In this document: positions 54,299 to 64,000 of the stretch, in pieces | Numbering within the stretch: position 1 is the first letter of the stretch | Layout of the letters: each line of letters opens with the position of its first letter | From: Gammaproteobacteria bacterium | Lineage (GTDB): Bacteria > Pseudomonadota > Gammaproteobacteria > UBA4575 | NCBI GenBank assembly: GCA_965222615.1 | Contig: CBDCUI010000007.1 | Coordinates: 480,001 to 544,000, forward strand | Direction of reading: 5' to 3' | DNA: 64,000 bases | The notes under the pieces: model-generated | What the model saw: only the letters and a program-made list of their open reading frames with translations | Database searches by the model: none | What the model was told of the DNA's origin: nothing | Translations under genes and position numbers: made by a program

Positions 54299-54823
54299 AT
54301 GAGTAGTGCCACAATGCTTAAATGGCTTTGGTTAACTTTGCTTGTGGTTGTATTAGACCAAGCCAGCAAACAAGCTGCGGTGCAATTACTAGCTCCCCAT
54401 GAGCCTCATGCGTTTCTGCCTTTTTTTAATTTCACTTTAACTTTCAATAAGGGTGCTGCATTTAGTTTTTTGAGCACTGCGGGAGGTTGGCAACGCTGGT
54501 TTTTCACAGCTTTAGCTATAGGAGTAAGCATTTTTATTTTTTTCTGGTTAAAGAAACTCACTGCAAAAGAGAGGTTACTTGCAGCTAGTTTGTCATTAAT
54601 ATTAGGTGGTGCAATCGGTAATGTGATTGACCGTAGCCTTTATGGCCATGTTATCGATTTCATTGATTGGTTTTATCATTCCAGCACAAAGTGTCTACCT
54701 TTTTTCTATCAGGTAAATCAGGCAACATGTCATTGGCCAACTTTTAATTTAGCGGACTCAGCAATTTTTCTAGGAGCCGTGTTGATGATCATTCAAGCAG
54801 TTTTCAATAAAGAGAACCTCTGA
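54299..54823 (+). CDS. lspA: Lipoprotein signal peptidase
   Basis: NKGAAFS, GAIGNVIDR, VIDFID, FNLADS; the track start at 54230 lies inside the repeat, so ATG 54299 or 54314 is likely. Confidence 0.93.
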   Translation: MSSATMLKWLWLTLLVVVLDQASKQAAVQLLAPHEPHAFLPFFNFTLTFNKGAAFSFLSTAGGWQRWFFTALAIGVSIFIFFWLKKLTAKERLLAASLSLILGGAIGNVIDRSLYGHVIDFIDWFYHSSTKCLPFFYQVNQATCHWPTFNLADSAIFLGAVLMIIQAVFNKENL

Positions 54824-54835
54824 GGAAATTGGATA

Positions 54836-55768
54836 GTGGAAGTTTTACTCGCAAATCCGCGTGGTTTTTGTGCTGGTGTCGATCGTGCTATCGAAATTGT
54901 CGAACGTGCTCTACAGCTGTTTGGTGCACCGATTTATGTACGCCATGAAGTTGTACACAATAAATTTGTTGTTGACGACCTTAGACAAAAGGGCGCGGTA
55001 TTTGTAGATGAATTAAACGAGGTGCCCGATGGCGCTACCGTAATTTTCAGTGCCCATGGGGTTTCCAAGGCAGTACAAAATGAAGCAGCAAATCGAGACG
55101 TAAAGGTATTTGATGCCACCTGCCCATTAGTAACCAAAGTGCATTTAGAGGTAGCTCGTTATAGTCAAAAAGGTTTAGATACCATCTTAATTGGACATAA
55201 AGGTCACCCTGAAGTGGAAGGCACCATGGGTCAATATGACGAGTCTTTTGGTGGTGCCATTCATTTAGTTGAAAATGTAGATGACGTAAAAAAACTTAAG
55301 GTCAAACAAAAAAACAAAACCGCTTTTGTCACACAAACAACTTTATCGGTGGACGACACCAGTGACGTCATCGATGCACTTCGGCAACGCTTTCCAAACA
55401 TCATTGGTCCAAAAAAAGACGATATTTGTTATGCAACACAAAATAGACAAGATGCCGTGAAAAAACTTGTCGAAAAATGCGATTTGTTATTAGTGATTGG
55501 CTCTAAAAGCAGTTCCAACTCCAATCGCCTGCGAGAAATTGCCGATAAAAATAAAATTGAAGCACATTTAATTGATGGGCCAGAATATATTCAAGATTCG
55601 TGGCTAGAAAATAAAAAAACTGTTGGCGTCACTGCCGGCGCATCTGCACCCGAAGTGCTAGTGCAACGCGTTATAAAACATTTAAAAGAAAAAGAAAAAG
55701 CAGTGATTACTGAAGAACTAGGTAAATCTGAAAATGTAGTCTTCCCGTTACCAAAGATATTTAGATAG
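54836..55768 (+). CDS. ispH: 4-hydroxy-3-methylbut-2-enyl diphosphate reductase
   Basis: [25 protein letters not shown]. Confidence 0.97.
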   Translation: MEVLLANPRGFCAGVDRAIEIVERALQLFGAPIYVRHEVVHNKFVVDDLRQKGAVFVDELNEVPDGATVIFSAHGVSKAVQNEAANRDVKVFDATCPLVTKVHLEVARYSQKGLDTILIGHKGHPEVEGTMGQYDESFGGAIHLVENVDDVKKLKVKQKNKTAFVTQTTLSVDDTSDVIDALRQRFPNIIGPKKDDICYATQNRQDAVKKLVEKCDLLLVIGSKSSSNSNRLREIADKNKIEAHLIDGPEYIQDSWLENKKTVGVTAGASAPEVLVQRVIKHLKEKEKAVITEELGKSENVVFPLPKIFR

Positions 55769-55776
55769 AAACTAAA

Positions 55777-56196
55777 TTACTCCCATCCGCAAGCAGCGGC
55801 AGTATGAGTATTGTTTGAAATCAACTTTGCTTGGGCTTGGTTTATACCAAGATCGCCACACCCATCTCCAGTTTGTGCCCCTGCACGTGTCGCTGTTACC
55901 GTAAATGTTTGTGAGGGTGCTGCTGCTACAGTCGCAGTAATACTGTAAAAACCTTCGGGACTAGTAGCCAGAATTCCTGATCTCGCAAGCGTTGCACTAT
56001 AGCGCCCAAACTGCGTATAGAATCGTTCCATCCTAGCTGCAGCATCCATTAAAGCAGACTTGGCATCCGAACGACGGGTCTTTCTTACTTGTTCTTGATA
56101 AGACGGATAAGCGATCGATGCAATGATGGCAACGATCACTACCACAACCATTAACTCTATTAAATTAAAACCGCGTAATTTTTTCATACATTTCAT
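55777..56196 (-). CDS. pilE: Type IV minor pilin PilE, paralog 2
   Basis: Prepilin motif GFNLIELM; AYPSYQEQVRKTRRSD. Confidence 0.88.
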   Translation of the reverse strand: MKCMKKLRGFNLIELMVVVVIVAIIASIAYPSYQEQVRKTRRSDAKSALMDAAARMERFYTQFGRYSATLARSGILATSPEGFYSITATVAAAPSQTFTVTATRAGAQTGDGCGDLGINQAQAKLISNNTHTAAACGWE

Positions 56197-56263
56197 ATAA
56201 GAACTTACCTTAGCCTAACCAGTATGGCGCAAAAGTGATAGCCAACACAAAATTATCGATAGG

Positions 56264-56704
56264 CTACCATTTTTCCTTTGGTGTTTTTTCTCCCCGAGAA
56301 TTAAAAGTCAGATTACCATCCGAAGTTTGTCCCCCTACTGCAGTAGCAGTTAAGGCTACACACTGAGATAACGCAGTACCAGCTTCACAGGTTCCTGCGG
56401 TTATTTGATAAAAACCTTCATCCGAATCCACCTTCCCACTGCCTGCATCCGGATATCCTAACCCATTAGGATCTAATGCAACCAAGTTGTTCGTGTATGA
56501 CCCATAATTGGTAAAAAATCGTTCTTGTGCATTCATGACTTCCATCAACATTGCTTGGCCATCAGCACGGCGCGTTTTTCTCATTTGATCTTGATACGAT
56601 GGATAAGCAATGCTGGCGATAATACCAACAATGGCAACCACAATCATTAATTCAATAAGAGTTATTCCCTTAGCATATTTTATATTTTCATTATTCATGG
56701 TCAT
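56264..56704 (-). CDS. pilE: Type IV minor pilin PilE, paralog 1
   Basis: GITLIELM; AYPSYQDQMRKTRRAD; start uncertain (track 56731; ATG 56704 or 56698). Confidence 0.85.
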   Translation of the reverse strand: MTMNNENIKYAKGITLIELMIVVAIVGIIASIAYPSYQDQMRKTRRADGQAMLMEVMNAQERFFTNYGSYTNNLVALDPNGLGYPDAGSGKVDSDEGFYQITAGTCEAGTALSQCVALTATAVGGQTSDGNLTFNSRGEKTPKEKW

Positions 56705-56723
56705 ATGTATAAAAACTAAAATA

Positions 56724-57068
56724 TTAGTCAAGTTCTACTGTGTCTTTAGGTAAAATCCAAATTTCAGTAACTACTTTTCTCTTGGCATAAGGATCGGCTA
56801 ATGTGAAGCCTAGTTCCATGCCTTTTCGTAAAGAATTTATAGAAACTATATTGTTATTCAAAGTATGGACTTTCGTGTCATTACCAACTTTGTAAGCTGT
56901 AGCATTAATAATTAATGTATTCCCACCATTTTCTACTTTTTGAAAAATACCTTCGTTACTGAACGTGCTGGGATAAAATTCTGGTAACTTACCTTTACCC
57001 CATACTGGATTTGTAAGACTAAGCGTTAGCAATGTTAAAAAAATAAATTTTAACTTTGACTTTAGCAT
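56724..57068 (-). CDS. Small exported protein at the PilY2 position
   Basis: Signal peptide; sits between pilY1 and pilE; ends in EIWIL-type motif. Confidence 0.6.
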   Translation of the reverse strand: MLKSKLKFIFLTLLTLSLTNPVWGKGKLPEFYPSTFSNEGIFQKVENGGNTLIINATAYKVGNDTKVHTLNNNIVSINSLRKGMELGFTLADPYAKRKVVTEIWILPKDTVELD

Positions 57069-57088
57069 GGTAATTCTCCGTAATAACT

Positions 57089-60000
57089 CTAGTGAACAAT
57101 CAGTTCGCGCCAGGAGTTTCTTCCCGCAGTATTAGAATTCTTTGTATTAGTTCCGATTACACGTACGCTTTTGTCACTCTGTTGTGTTAGACGGTAATGA
57201 CTAATAAATGCTGCATCTGTAGGTGTTGTCGAATCAAACCGCATACCAGCAACAATATATGGAGCTCCAGTCAAATCATCAATATTGTCCAACAAATCAA
57301 ATGTACCATCTGCATTTATATCAAAAATTACTTTATCACCAGAGCCGCCCGTAATTGGATCAAATGCGAGTTCAAATCCACCTGCGCCATTATTACATGG
57401 GTTAGAGCTCTTCGGAATTACAGTGTTAACAAATAAAAAATCACCACGAAGCTGTATATTTCGTACTGCACGTTCACCTGGATATTCAACTCCACTACTG
57501 CTTCCAGCTGGAGGCATATCAAGATCAATGTACCAGCCCATGACACGGTTATTTGCGCTTCCATTATCTTTCCAATTCACATCATGATTGCTTAAGGATC
57601 GAACTGTGAATCCATGTTCTTTTACCGAATGATTAGTAAATACTTGTTCAACCAGCTGATTATTAGCACCAGGCATAGTGACTTCATAACCCGTATTGTT
57701 ATCCCAAATTCCATAGATTGACTGGATATCTGTATTCGTAGAGTCATCCGAAGTCATCCAACTTCCAGTTGCAGTGATCACAATATAACCAGGTGACGTT
57801 GGGTGCTTAACCACGATAGGCCTTGTTGTGATGGGTTGTGGAATAGTTCTTGAACCCGCTGGGCCATATTTAGCTCTAAATATAACATCTCGATTTGAGC
57901 TATTATCCCAGTCACTCGGTGAACTGCTGCTGATATCGATACGATAAAGATTGCCCTGCAAATCACCTGCATAGAGTCGATCAACTGTTCCATCATTATC
58001 TACATCGATACCGCGTACCGCTCCAATTCCATTTGGTGTTGTACCATCACTACTCTCTGCTTTACCGTAACCTGTACTGATTTTGATGTAATCGCTTCCT
58101 GCTGTCCAAACGCCATCTTGTCCCGCTTCTATAAATAAAATATAAATTGCTGCATCCCCATCTGCGCTGGTGCTGTTATAACCATTTCCGAATATCGCAA
58201 CCCATTTTTTCTCGTTATCGCCATATTCTGCATTACTCATCGCAATCAGTGGTTCACTATAAGTAAACCCAAGATCACTATTGCCTGCACCACCATCATC
58301 ATCATCGTCATCATCACCACTACCATCATCATCTTCAGTAAACTCCCACATCACATTAGCCACAGCGTTAGATTCTGAATTAAATGAACTTGGATCAGTG
58401 ATGTTTAAAGCGTAGTAACCTTTACCTCCATGGCCTAAACCACCGATTAATACGGAATTCCAGCTTTTGCTTGACTCGCCTTTTTTAGTCATAAATATAT
58501 CATTTACACTTGGCGTCAAATCAACGTAAAAACGATGTGAGTAACTGGGCTTAGTTAATTCAGATAAATTGCCAAACACAAGATTAGGGACATAAGCAAA
58601 TATCTCCTCACCCGTATCGGCATTGAACGCATGCAGCATGCCATCATTTCCACCGACATAAACAACCCCCTGGCGATTAGCATTGTCGCTTTTAAAAGTA
58701 TTATATAGATCAGCTACATTGTCCGGAAATGAACCCGGAAACGTACTTGAATTGCGACCAAAGTAAGGTGGCTTGCCTACATATACTGGAGTCGAATGAA
58801 CAAAGTCGCCTAACTTACCACTGTTAACTGGGCGAGGCCTAAATTCACCATCATCAAAACTCAAACCTTCATCTATCGAATGACCGCGTAAATAATTAAG
58901 ACGTTCGTCACCCACATTTGAAACGTTTGCAGGTACAGGTGAATTTAAAAGTGCTTGTTGCCCAACGGTGATATTATTGACACCGCCCCAACGAAACGCT
59001 TTCCCTGTACTGGAAAAGCCATTGTCATCATAAGTTATGATCACACGAGAATCACTTGAAGCTCCTGTTTTACCATCAAGTTGAGAAGCCGCACTCCACT
59101 CAAAAATTGGATTACCAGAGTTATCTGTATTGAGCGTTCCATCTGTGTTAATCCGCTGAGCAACTAAATCTCCAGTGTCGTTTTGTGTGTTAAAAAATGC
59201 GCGGTATACAACTGAGTCACTTTGGATAGTATGGGTGTTAAACGCTACGGATGACGCAGCACCTTCACCAATTCCTATTTCTTCAAACATGGCAGTAAGA
59301 GTATCTGCTAGCTCTTGGGGATCATTGGCAGTCTTAAAATCTCCACGTCCGTTATAAGCGGCATGTCGTAAGTCGTCAATTTTTTCTGCATTGCCAGCGA
59401 AAGGATTTGGCCAGTTAAATGCTGTCCTTGGGTTTTTTGGCATGGAAGATAATGTACCTTCCACACCTAGACCCAATGTATACGTGATCAAATGTTGATG
59501 TAACGTGTCGGTTTTATTCAAAACACCACTACCAGCGTAGCGATTAATTTCTAATTGGGTAATCGGAACATCATCAGATAAAGTATCGTGAAGATCACGT
59601 TCATAAAAATGCATAGCAACATCCGCTAAGGTCTTATGATCACTACCTGCAAAAGCGCCTCCATCAAACTCCGTATCGTTATCATCATCGGCATTAATTG
59701 CAATTGCTGGGCCTGTCGGGTCATTGTAAAAACCATCTGTCAAGGCTACTGCGTAGTTCTGTTGACAAATCCCTTTAGGTGCAGCCAACACCGCACAATT
59801 TGGGTCCCCTGGACTACTGTCAGATGTGGCACCAAAAATATCTTGCTGATTTGCACCACTACCGACTTTACATTCAAAGTAACGACCCAATTTTTCCAAA
59901 CCTGGTCGTAATGGAGTACCCCCTGTGGGTTGCGAGGTGAAAATTTTACTCAATAAATCTTTCTTAGGGCCTGGGACCGTAGAGGATTTATTCATCGCAG

Positions 60001-61078
60001 CCAACTTGGTATTAACACTATTATTGTTATGCAAGGTCGCATAACCAAGTCGCGCATTGGTGGCATTTTCAATGACATGACTTAATGCAGCTTTTGCGAT
60101 CAGATCACGTTTACGATAATAACTAAACCAGTTTTTAAAATTCTGTTTTTCTTCAGCAGAACTGCATGTAACCGTGCCATCTCCATTATCAGTACCGCAA
60201 TCAAGTCGTCCTACCTTTGTATTAGGATCGTACTTTGCTCGTATGAATTTGCTTGGACAAGGTATACTGGGAACGGCTGGACCTGTGCAAAACGGTCCGA
60301 AGTCTCCAATTCCAACCCATCGATGAGGCTCTAACGGGTCAACATGTCCATCACCGTCAGTATCTTTCCACAAATAATAGCGAGCAGGATACATCGGCAT
60401 GGTTAAATCTTCTTTCAAGGTATCTGTGTAATCACTCCAGCGCGTGGTGATATAAATGGTTGTGAAAAGATTTAATCCACCTAAGCTTGGATCATAAGGA
60501 TTATATGGCGCAGTTGTACTTGTGATGGGCCCATATAAATTGCCATTTTTATCTAAACCTTTCCACGGTTGATAAGTGATATCAGGATTATAGTAAACAC
60601 GATTATAATTGTGGATCCATGTTCTCCATATTCCTTCTTGATCAGCAACTGGAATACCCGCAGCTAATAATCCTGCCTCATTAGGCGCAAGACCTAAATC
60701 TTTACTTTGTGCATCATTACCATCAGTATCGTATAAGTTTTTAATGTTTGCAGCCGGCGCTTTTTTAGTTGTTACGCCTGGATCAGGGTGTGCATATTTA
60801 TAGGATTGACCTCTAAAGACAATATTACCATCACCTCCTTCAGTAGTCATGATCCCATGATCCATACTGCCTGAATCATCATTTAAAATCATCACGTTCG
60901 GTTCAACACCGGAAGTAACTTCCAGCACTGAGTTAGAAAGATTTAAATCTCCAGCACTGGAATATGTTGTGAATAGGGCTAATAGCATTAGTGCTAGTGC
61001 TTTAACCGTGTTACTAGCATAAAATTGATATTTAAACTTTCCTATTCTTTGCTGATACATTGTTCCAACTCCAAACAT
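57089..61078 (-). CDS. pilY1: Type IV pilus tip adhesin PilY1/PilC
   Basis: vWA-like DDSGSM; LGDFVHS, GGNDGMLHAF, Ca-binding loop DVDNDGTVD, YAGDLQGN, GRNSWREL. Confidence 0.92.
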   Translation of the reverse strand: MFGVGTMYQQRIGKFKYQFYASNTVKALALMLLALFTTYSSAGDLNLSNSVLEVTSGVEPNVMILNDDSGSMDHGIMTTEGGDGNIVFRGQSYKYAHPDPGVTTKKAPAANIKNLYDTDGNDAQSKDLGLAPNEAGLLAAGIPVADQEGIWRTWIHNYNRVYYNPDITYQPWKGLDKNGNLYGPITSTTAPYNPYDPSLGGLNLFTTIYITTRWSDYTDTLKEDLTMPMYPARYYLWKDTDGDGHVDPLEPHRWVGIGDFGPFCTGPAVPSIPCPSKFIRAKYDPNTKVGRLDCGTDNGDGTVTCSSAEEKQNFKNWFSYYRKRDLIAKAALSHVIENATNARLGYATLHNNNSVNTKLAAMNKSSTVPGPKKDLLSKIFTSQPTGGTPLRPGLEKLGRYFECKVGSGANQQDIFGATSDSSPGDPNCAVLAAPKGICQQNYAVALTDGFYNDPTGPAIAINADDDNDTEFDGGAFAGSDHKTLADVAMHFYERDLHDTLSDDVPITQLEINRYAGSGVLNKTDTLHQHLITYTLGLGVEGTLSSMPKNPRTAFNWPNPFAGNAEKIDDLRHAAYNGRGDFKTANDPQELADTLTAMFEEIGIGEGAASSVAFNTHTIQSDSVVYRAFFNTQNDTGDLVAQRINTDGTLNTDNSGNPIFEWSAASQLDGKTGASSDSRVIITYDDNGFSSTGKAFRWGGVNNITVGQQALLNSPVPANVSNVGDERLNYLRGHSIDEGLSFDDGEFRPRPVNSGKLGDFVHSTPVYVGKPPYFGRNSSTFPGSFPDNVADLYNTFKSDNANRQGVVYVGGNDGMLHAFNADTGEEIFAYVPNLVFGNLSELTKPSYSHRFYVDLTPSVNDIFMTKKGESSKSWNSVLIGGLGHGGKGYYALNITDPSSFNSESNAVANVMWEFTEDDDGSGDDDDDDDGGAGNSDLGFTYSEPLIAMSNAEYGDNEKKWVAIFGNGYNSTSADGDAAIYILFIEAGQDGVWTAGSDYIKISTGYGKAESSDGTTPNGIGAVRGIDVDNDGTVDRLYAGDLQGNLYRIDISSSSPSDWDNSSNRDVIFRAKYGPAGSRTIPQPITTRPIVVKHPTSPGYIVITATGSWMTSDDSTNTDIQSIYGIWDNNTGYEVTMPGANNQLVEQVFTNHSVKEHGFTVRSLSNHDVNWKDNGSANNRVMGWYIDLDMPPAGSSSGVEYPGERAVRNIQLRGDFLFVNTVIPKSSNPCNNGAGGFELAFDPITGGSGDKVIFDINADGTFDLLDNIDDLTGAPYIVAGMRFDSTTPTDAAFISHYRLTQQSDKSVRVIGTNTKNSNTAGRNSWRELIVH

Positions 61079-61121
61079 TTTTAAATCCTTTTAAAAATAT
61101 TATAAATAATTAAGCTAAACG

Positions 61122-61679
61122 CTATAGTTTTTTCCCATATGTTGTTTGTAGAAATACTGTTGTGTTGTCATTCAAACCGGTACCACGTGCCGTGACACGA
61201 AACATTTCTGTTACACCTGCACCTGTTCCATCGTTATAGTTACCTAAATTGAGAGAGTCATTTTCAGAAATTACAGATCCGTAATGTTCTATAACATATT
61301 TTGGCGACGTCTTAACTTTATATGTGCTATTAAATACACTATAGGTTTTTGCTTCATTATCATTTCCAGAGTCTGTGCTATCCCAATCAATTAAATTCCA
61401 AATCTTTTCATGAGCATCATCGTAAAAGCCATCTCTCCCATCGGCATCGAATACTCCTGTGGCGATTACATTGTTTTCTATATCGTTTTCTCCAGCCATT
61501 AATGCCGCTTCGGCTGCTTGAAATGCAGTATTTTTATCTTTCGTATTACCAGCCATTTTTTCTTCAAAAGTAGTCATGCGCATTCCTGTCAAACCAATTA
61601 AGGTTAAAACGATAAGCATTAACATGCCTATTACAAGAACAACGCCTTTTTGATTATGGTATGTATGTTTTAATTGCAT
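61122..61679 (-). CDS. pilX: Type IV minor pilin PilX
   Basis: QKGVVLVI (no Glu5), AFQAAEAAL, FRVTARG. Confidence 0.9.
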   Translation of the reverse strand: MQLKHTYHNQKGVVLVIGMLMLIVLTLIGLTGMRMTTFEEKMAGNTKDKNTAFQAAEAALMAGENDIENNVIATGVFDADGRDGFYDDAHEKIWNLIDWDSTDSGNDNEAKTYSVFNSTYKVKTSPKYVIEHYGSVISENDSLNLGNYNDGTGAGVTEMFRVTARGTGLNDNTTVFLQTTYGKKL

Positions 61680-61700
61680 AAATTTATCTGTTTAAATTAA

Positions 61701-62825
61701 TTAAATACCACGATTACGTAGCTTGATGGTTGAATTGAATACGTTTCTTGATCGTTGATCACCGCCATGTGTGATCGTAGTGCCAGTATCAGCGATTTGT
61801 GTTCCGGCTACATTATAGGTATTCGTATCGTTAATTTTTTTAATTTGGTCAGGTGTATGAGCTAATAACCCAATCCTCACCGCAACGACATTATTCCATG
61901 TCAGTACATTGTTTGCAGTTACATAACTCTCTGGTTCAGTATCACCATCGGTATTTTCTCCATACAGAATTTGCATATTTTCAATACCATCAATTAGTTC
62001 TTCAATTACAAATCCAGCGTTAACCGTGCCATGATTAACGTCTAGCCTGCGTCGATAAAGTGAACGACTAGTTCCAGAAGAGCTGACACCAATGAAATAA
62101 CCCACGGCTTTGAACTTAACCATTTGAGCACCAGGCTCAAAGACATAAGGGAATAAACCACCTGGGTCTGAGCAATCTCCAATACCACCCAGACTCTTCG
62201 TGCAATTACCGGGAGAGGCCACACCATTGCCCGTATTGTGTACTATAGTCACGTTAGACGAATTCACGTTAGTCACTTGAAAAATTGCAGAATGAGTTCC
62301 GTCACATACTAATGCAATATCTCCATCATCTAAGGTATGCAAATCGTTTAGTTTAAAATTTGCTGAATTCTTATTTGGATTACTTTCTGCTACTTTAAAA
62401 ATTTCATCATCACCGCCTAATATGACTATTGCATCAGTCCCTGCTACGCGGTCACCAGGTGTGATACCCTCTGAAGGGAAACCAGCAAAAGAACTGACTC
62501 CGCCTTCATGTCCTACTAAGGACATGGTAAAAAAATCAAAAAAAGTTTCTGTTCCTTGAATGGTGTTCGCCATATTTTCATTGATACGGCATGGCAAAAA
62601 ACCTGCCATGCGGACATCTTGTGTTAGATATTGCATGGCAAATCGCGCGTTTTCTTGTAAACGCGATAAATTTTCCGAAAGATTGTAGGTGTCTTTAGTT
62701 GTTAAATAGACCTTGGTTATTCCGGTAGTAAGCAATAAGCCCAACACCATAGCTACCATTAATTCAACAATGCTGAAGCCATGTTGACAAGTTGTCTTCG
62801 ATATAGTTTTAATACTTGTGCTCAT
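61701..62825 (-). CDS. pilW: Type IV minor pilin PilW
   Basis: GFSIVELM, LQENARFA, DGIENMQILYG, IKLRN. Confidence 0.9.
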   Translation of the reverse strand: MSTSIKTISKTTCQHGFSIVELMVAMVLGLLLTTGITKVYLTTKDTYNLSENLSRLQENARFAMQYLTQDVRMAGFLPCRINENMANTIQGTETFFDFFTMSLVGHEGGVSSFAGFPSEGITPGDRVAGTDAIVILGGDDEIFKVAESNPNKNSANFKLNDLHTLDDGDIALVCDGTHSAIFQVTNVNSSNVTIVHNTGNGVASPGNCTKSLGGIGDCSDPGGLFPYVFEPGAQMVKFKAVGYFIGVSSSGTSRSLYRRRLDVNHGTVNAGFVIEELIDGIENMQILYGENTDGDTEPESYVTANNVLTWNNVVAVRIGLLAHTPDQIKKINDTNTYNVAGTQIADTGTTITHGGDQRSRNVFNSTIKLRNRGI

Positions 62826-63337
62826 AGTTCTGTACTAACCTGAAAAGTTCTTTGTGTCTCGTCTCGATCATTCCAGCGAACACTTACTGTGTGAATATTT
62901 CCTGTTCTTGTAATTGATCCATCACCTCCTGGCAACATGCCACTAATAGATAAAGTTGTTGAGCATGTGTTTTGTAAATCCCAATTCCCTAATGAACATT
63001 TCCACTGATTAATATCAAATGTAACCAGATCTGATGAACTACAAGTAGAAGATTGACAATTTGTTGTCCCTGATGGAGCCACACCAAATGTAGTGACATA
63101 TTGGCCTGCTTGAGCAGCTGCAAGGTTTGCGCGCATTTTATCTACCATGTCATAAGCAAGGAAAGTAGCTTGAGTACGAAGATAAGCGCTATGGTTATTT
63201 TTAACACTTAACGTCTGTAAAGCTGCTAAACCAACTAAACCAGCAGAAACTACGACTGCAGCAACTAACACTTCAATTAAAGTAGTACCTAGTTGTTTTT
63301 TAATTGGTTGCATATATTTTTTATATGATTTACTCAT
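62822..63337 (-). CDS. pilV: Type IV minor pilin PilV
   Basis: GTTLIEVL, SAYLRTQA, DKMRAN; start likely 63337 or 63313. Confidence 0.9.
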   Translation of the reverse strand: MSKSYKKYMQPIKKQLGTTLIEVLVAAVVVSAGLVGLAALQTLSVKNNHSAYLRTQATFLAYDMVDKMRANLAAAQAGQYVTTFGVAPSGTTNCQSSTCSSSDLVTFDINQWKCSLGNWDLQNTCSTTLSISGMLPGGDGSITRTGNIHTVSVRWNDRDETQRTFQVSTEL

Positions 63338-63342
63338 TTTGA

Positions 63343-63918
63343 CTAAGCTGGCGTACAAACAGTTATATTGTTACCCAAATCATCTTCAGGAATTTTGTCA
63401 TGATTGGCGTCCTTCGCAACTCGTGCACGTCCTGATGTAGTAATAAAAACTGCGCGCGATTTACTTATGTCACTTTTTTTACACAGCACAAAATGACCAT
63501 CAGTCGTACTAGTAACCCCGCCAGTAGGCAAATAGGAAATAAAATTTGCAAAGCTACTATTAGCACGAAGAGTTAAATTAGAATTTAAGGCTTCATGCAC
63601 TTTTAATAATTGTTCCCCTACATCAAAATCACCATTCACGGGTGAGTTTTCAATAAATACAATCCAGCCACCTTCATAACCTCCACTCGTAATACAGCTT
63701 GCCCCATTAATGCTTTTACAAACTGTAATACTTCTGCCTGTTTTAATCGATTCGCTACGCGCATATTGTAATGTGGAGATTAAATCGTTTACCTGTGTAG
63801 ATAACTGATTTTGTTCAATGATGCTAGAAAAACTAGGCACACCTACAGTAAGTAGTAAAGCAACTACTGCTACTGCAATCATCAATTCAATCACTGTAAA
63901 TCCGCGTTGTGTGTTCAT
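63343..63918 (-). CDS. fimT: FimT/FimU (GspH-like) minor pilin
   Basis: GFTVIELM, VPSF, ARSESIK, GWIVF. Confidence 0.87.
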   Translation of the reverse strand: MNTQRGFTVIELMIAVAVVALLLTVGVPSFSSIIEQNQLSTQVNDLISTLQYARSESIKTGRSITVCKSINGASCITSGGYEGGWIVFIENSPVNGDFDVGEQLLKVHEALNSNLTLRANSSFANFISYLPTGGVTSTTDGHFVLCKKSDISKSRAVFITTSGRARVAKDANHDKIPEDDLGNNITVCTPA

Positions 63919-64000
63919 TTAAAAATTCACAAAGTTAATAAAAATACTGCTCTAAAAAGGGAAGCTGGAACCTCTCTCTCGCAACAACGAGATAAACTTT

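Overview
AT-rich gammaproteobacterial chromosome window with five blocks. (1) 1-13.1 kb: phosphate super-cluster (pstA partial, pstC, pstS, phoR, phoB, OprO/P-type porin, DUF3859-like protein, dgkA, ppk1, ppx) with four Pho-box-like sites. (2) 13.2-23.5 kb: exeB/exeA, a small Cys-motif protein missed by the ORF track, pntAB, two small ORFs, a membrane Ser/Thr kinase and tRNA-Pro(CGG). (3) 23.6-43.6 kb: a Wzx/Wzy exopolysaccharide locus (ExoL/ExoM-like GTs, two sulfotransferases, acyltransferase, WcaJ) next to a GH50 agarase-like hydrolase and a UbiA-phosphoribosyltransferase/GtrA/GT-C module. (4) 43.9-55.8 kb: core genes ispB to ispH. (5) 55.8-63.9 kb: type IV minor pilin operon. The strongest unexplained signals are non-coding: a family of about 135-150 bp nested-palindrome elements in five core intergenic regions, a 128-bp-period duplication of the tRNA-Pro 3' end with a covarying hairpin, and a separate REP-like element between ileS and lspA. 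No integrase, transposase or CRISPR array was seen. All calls come from motif recognition by eye; no searches were run.
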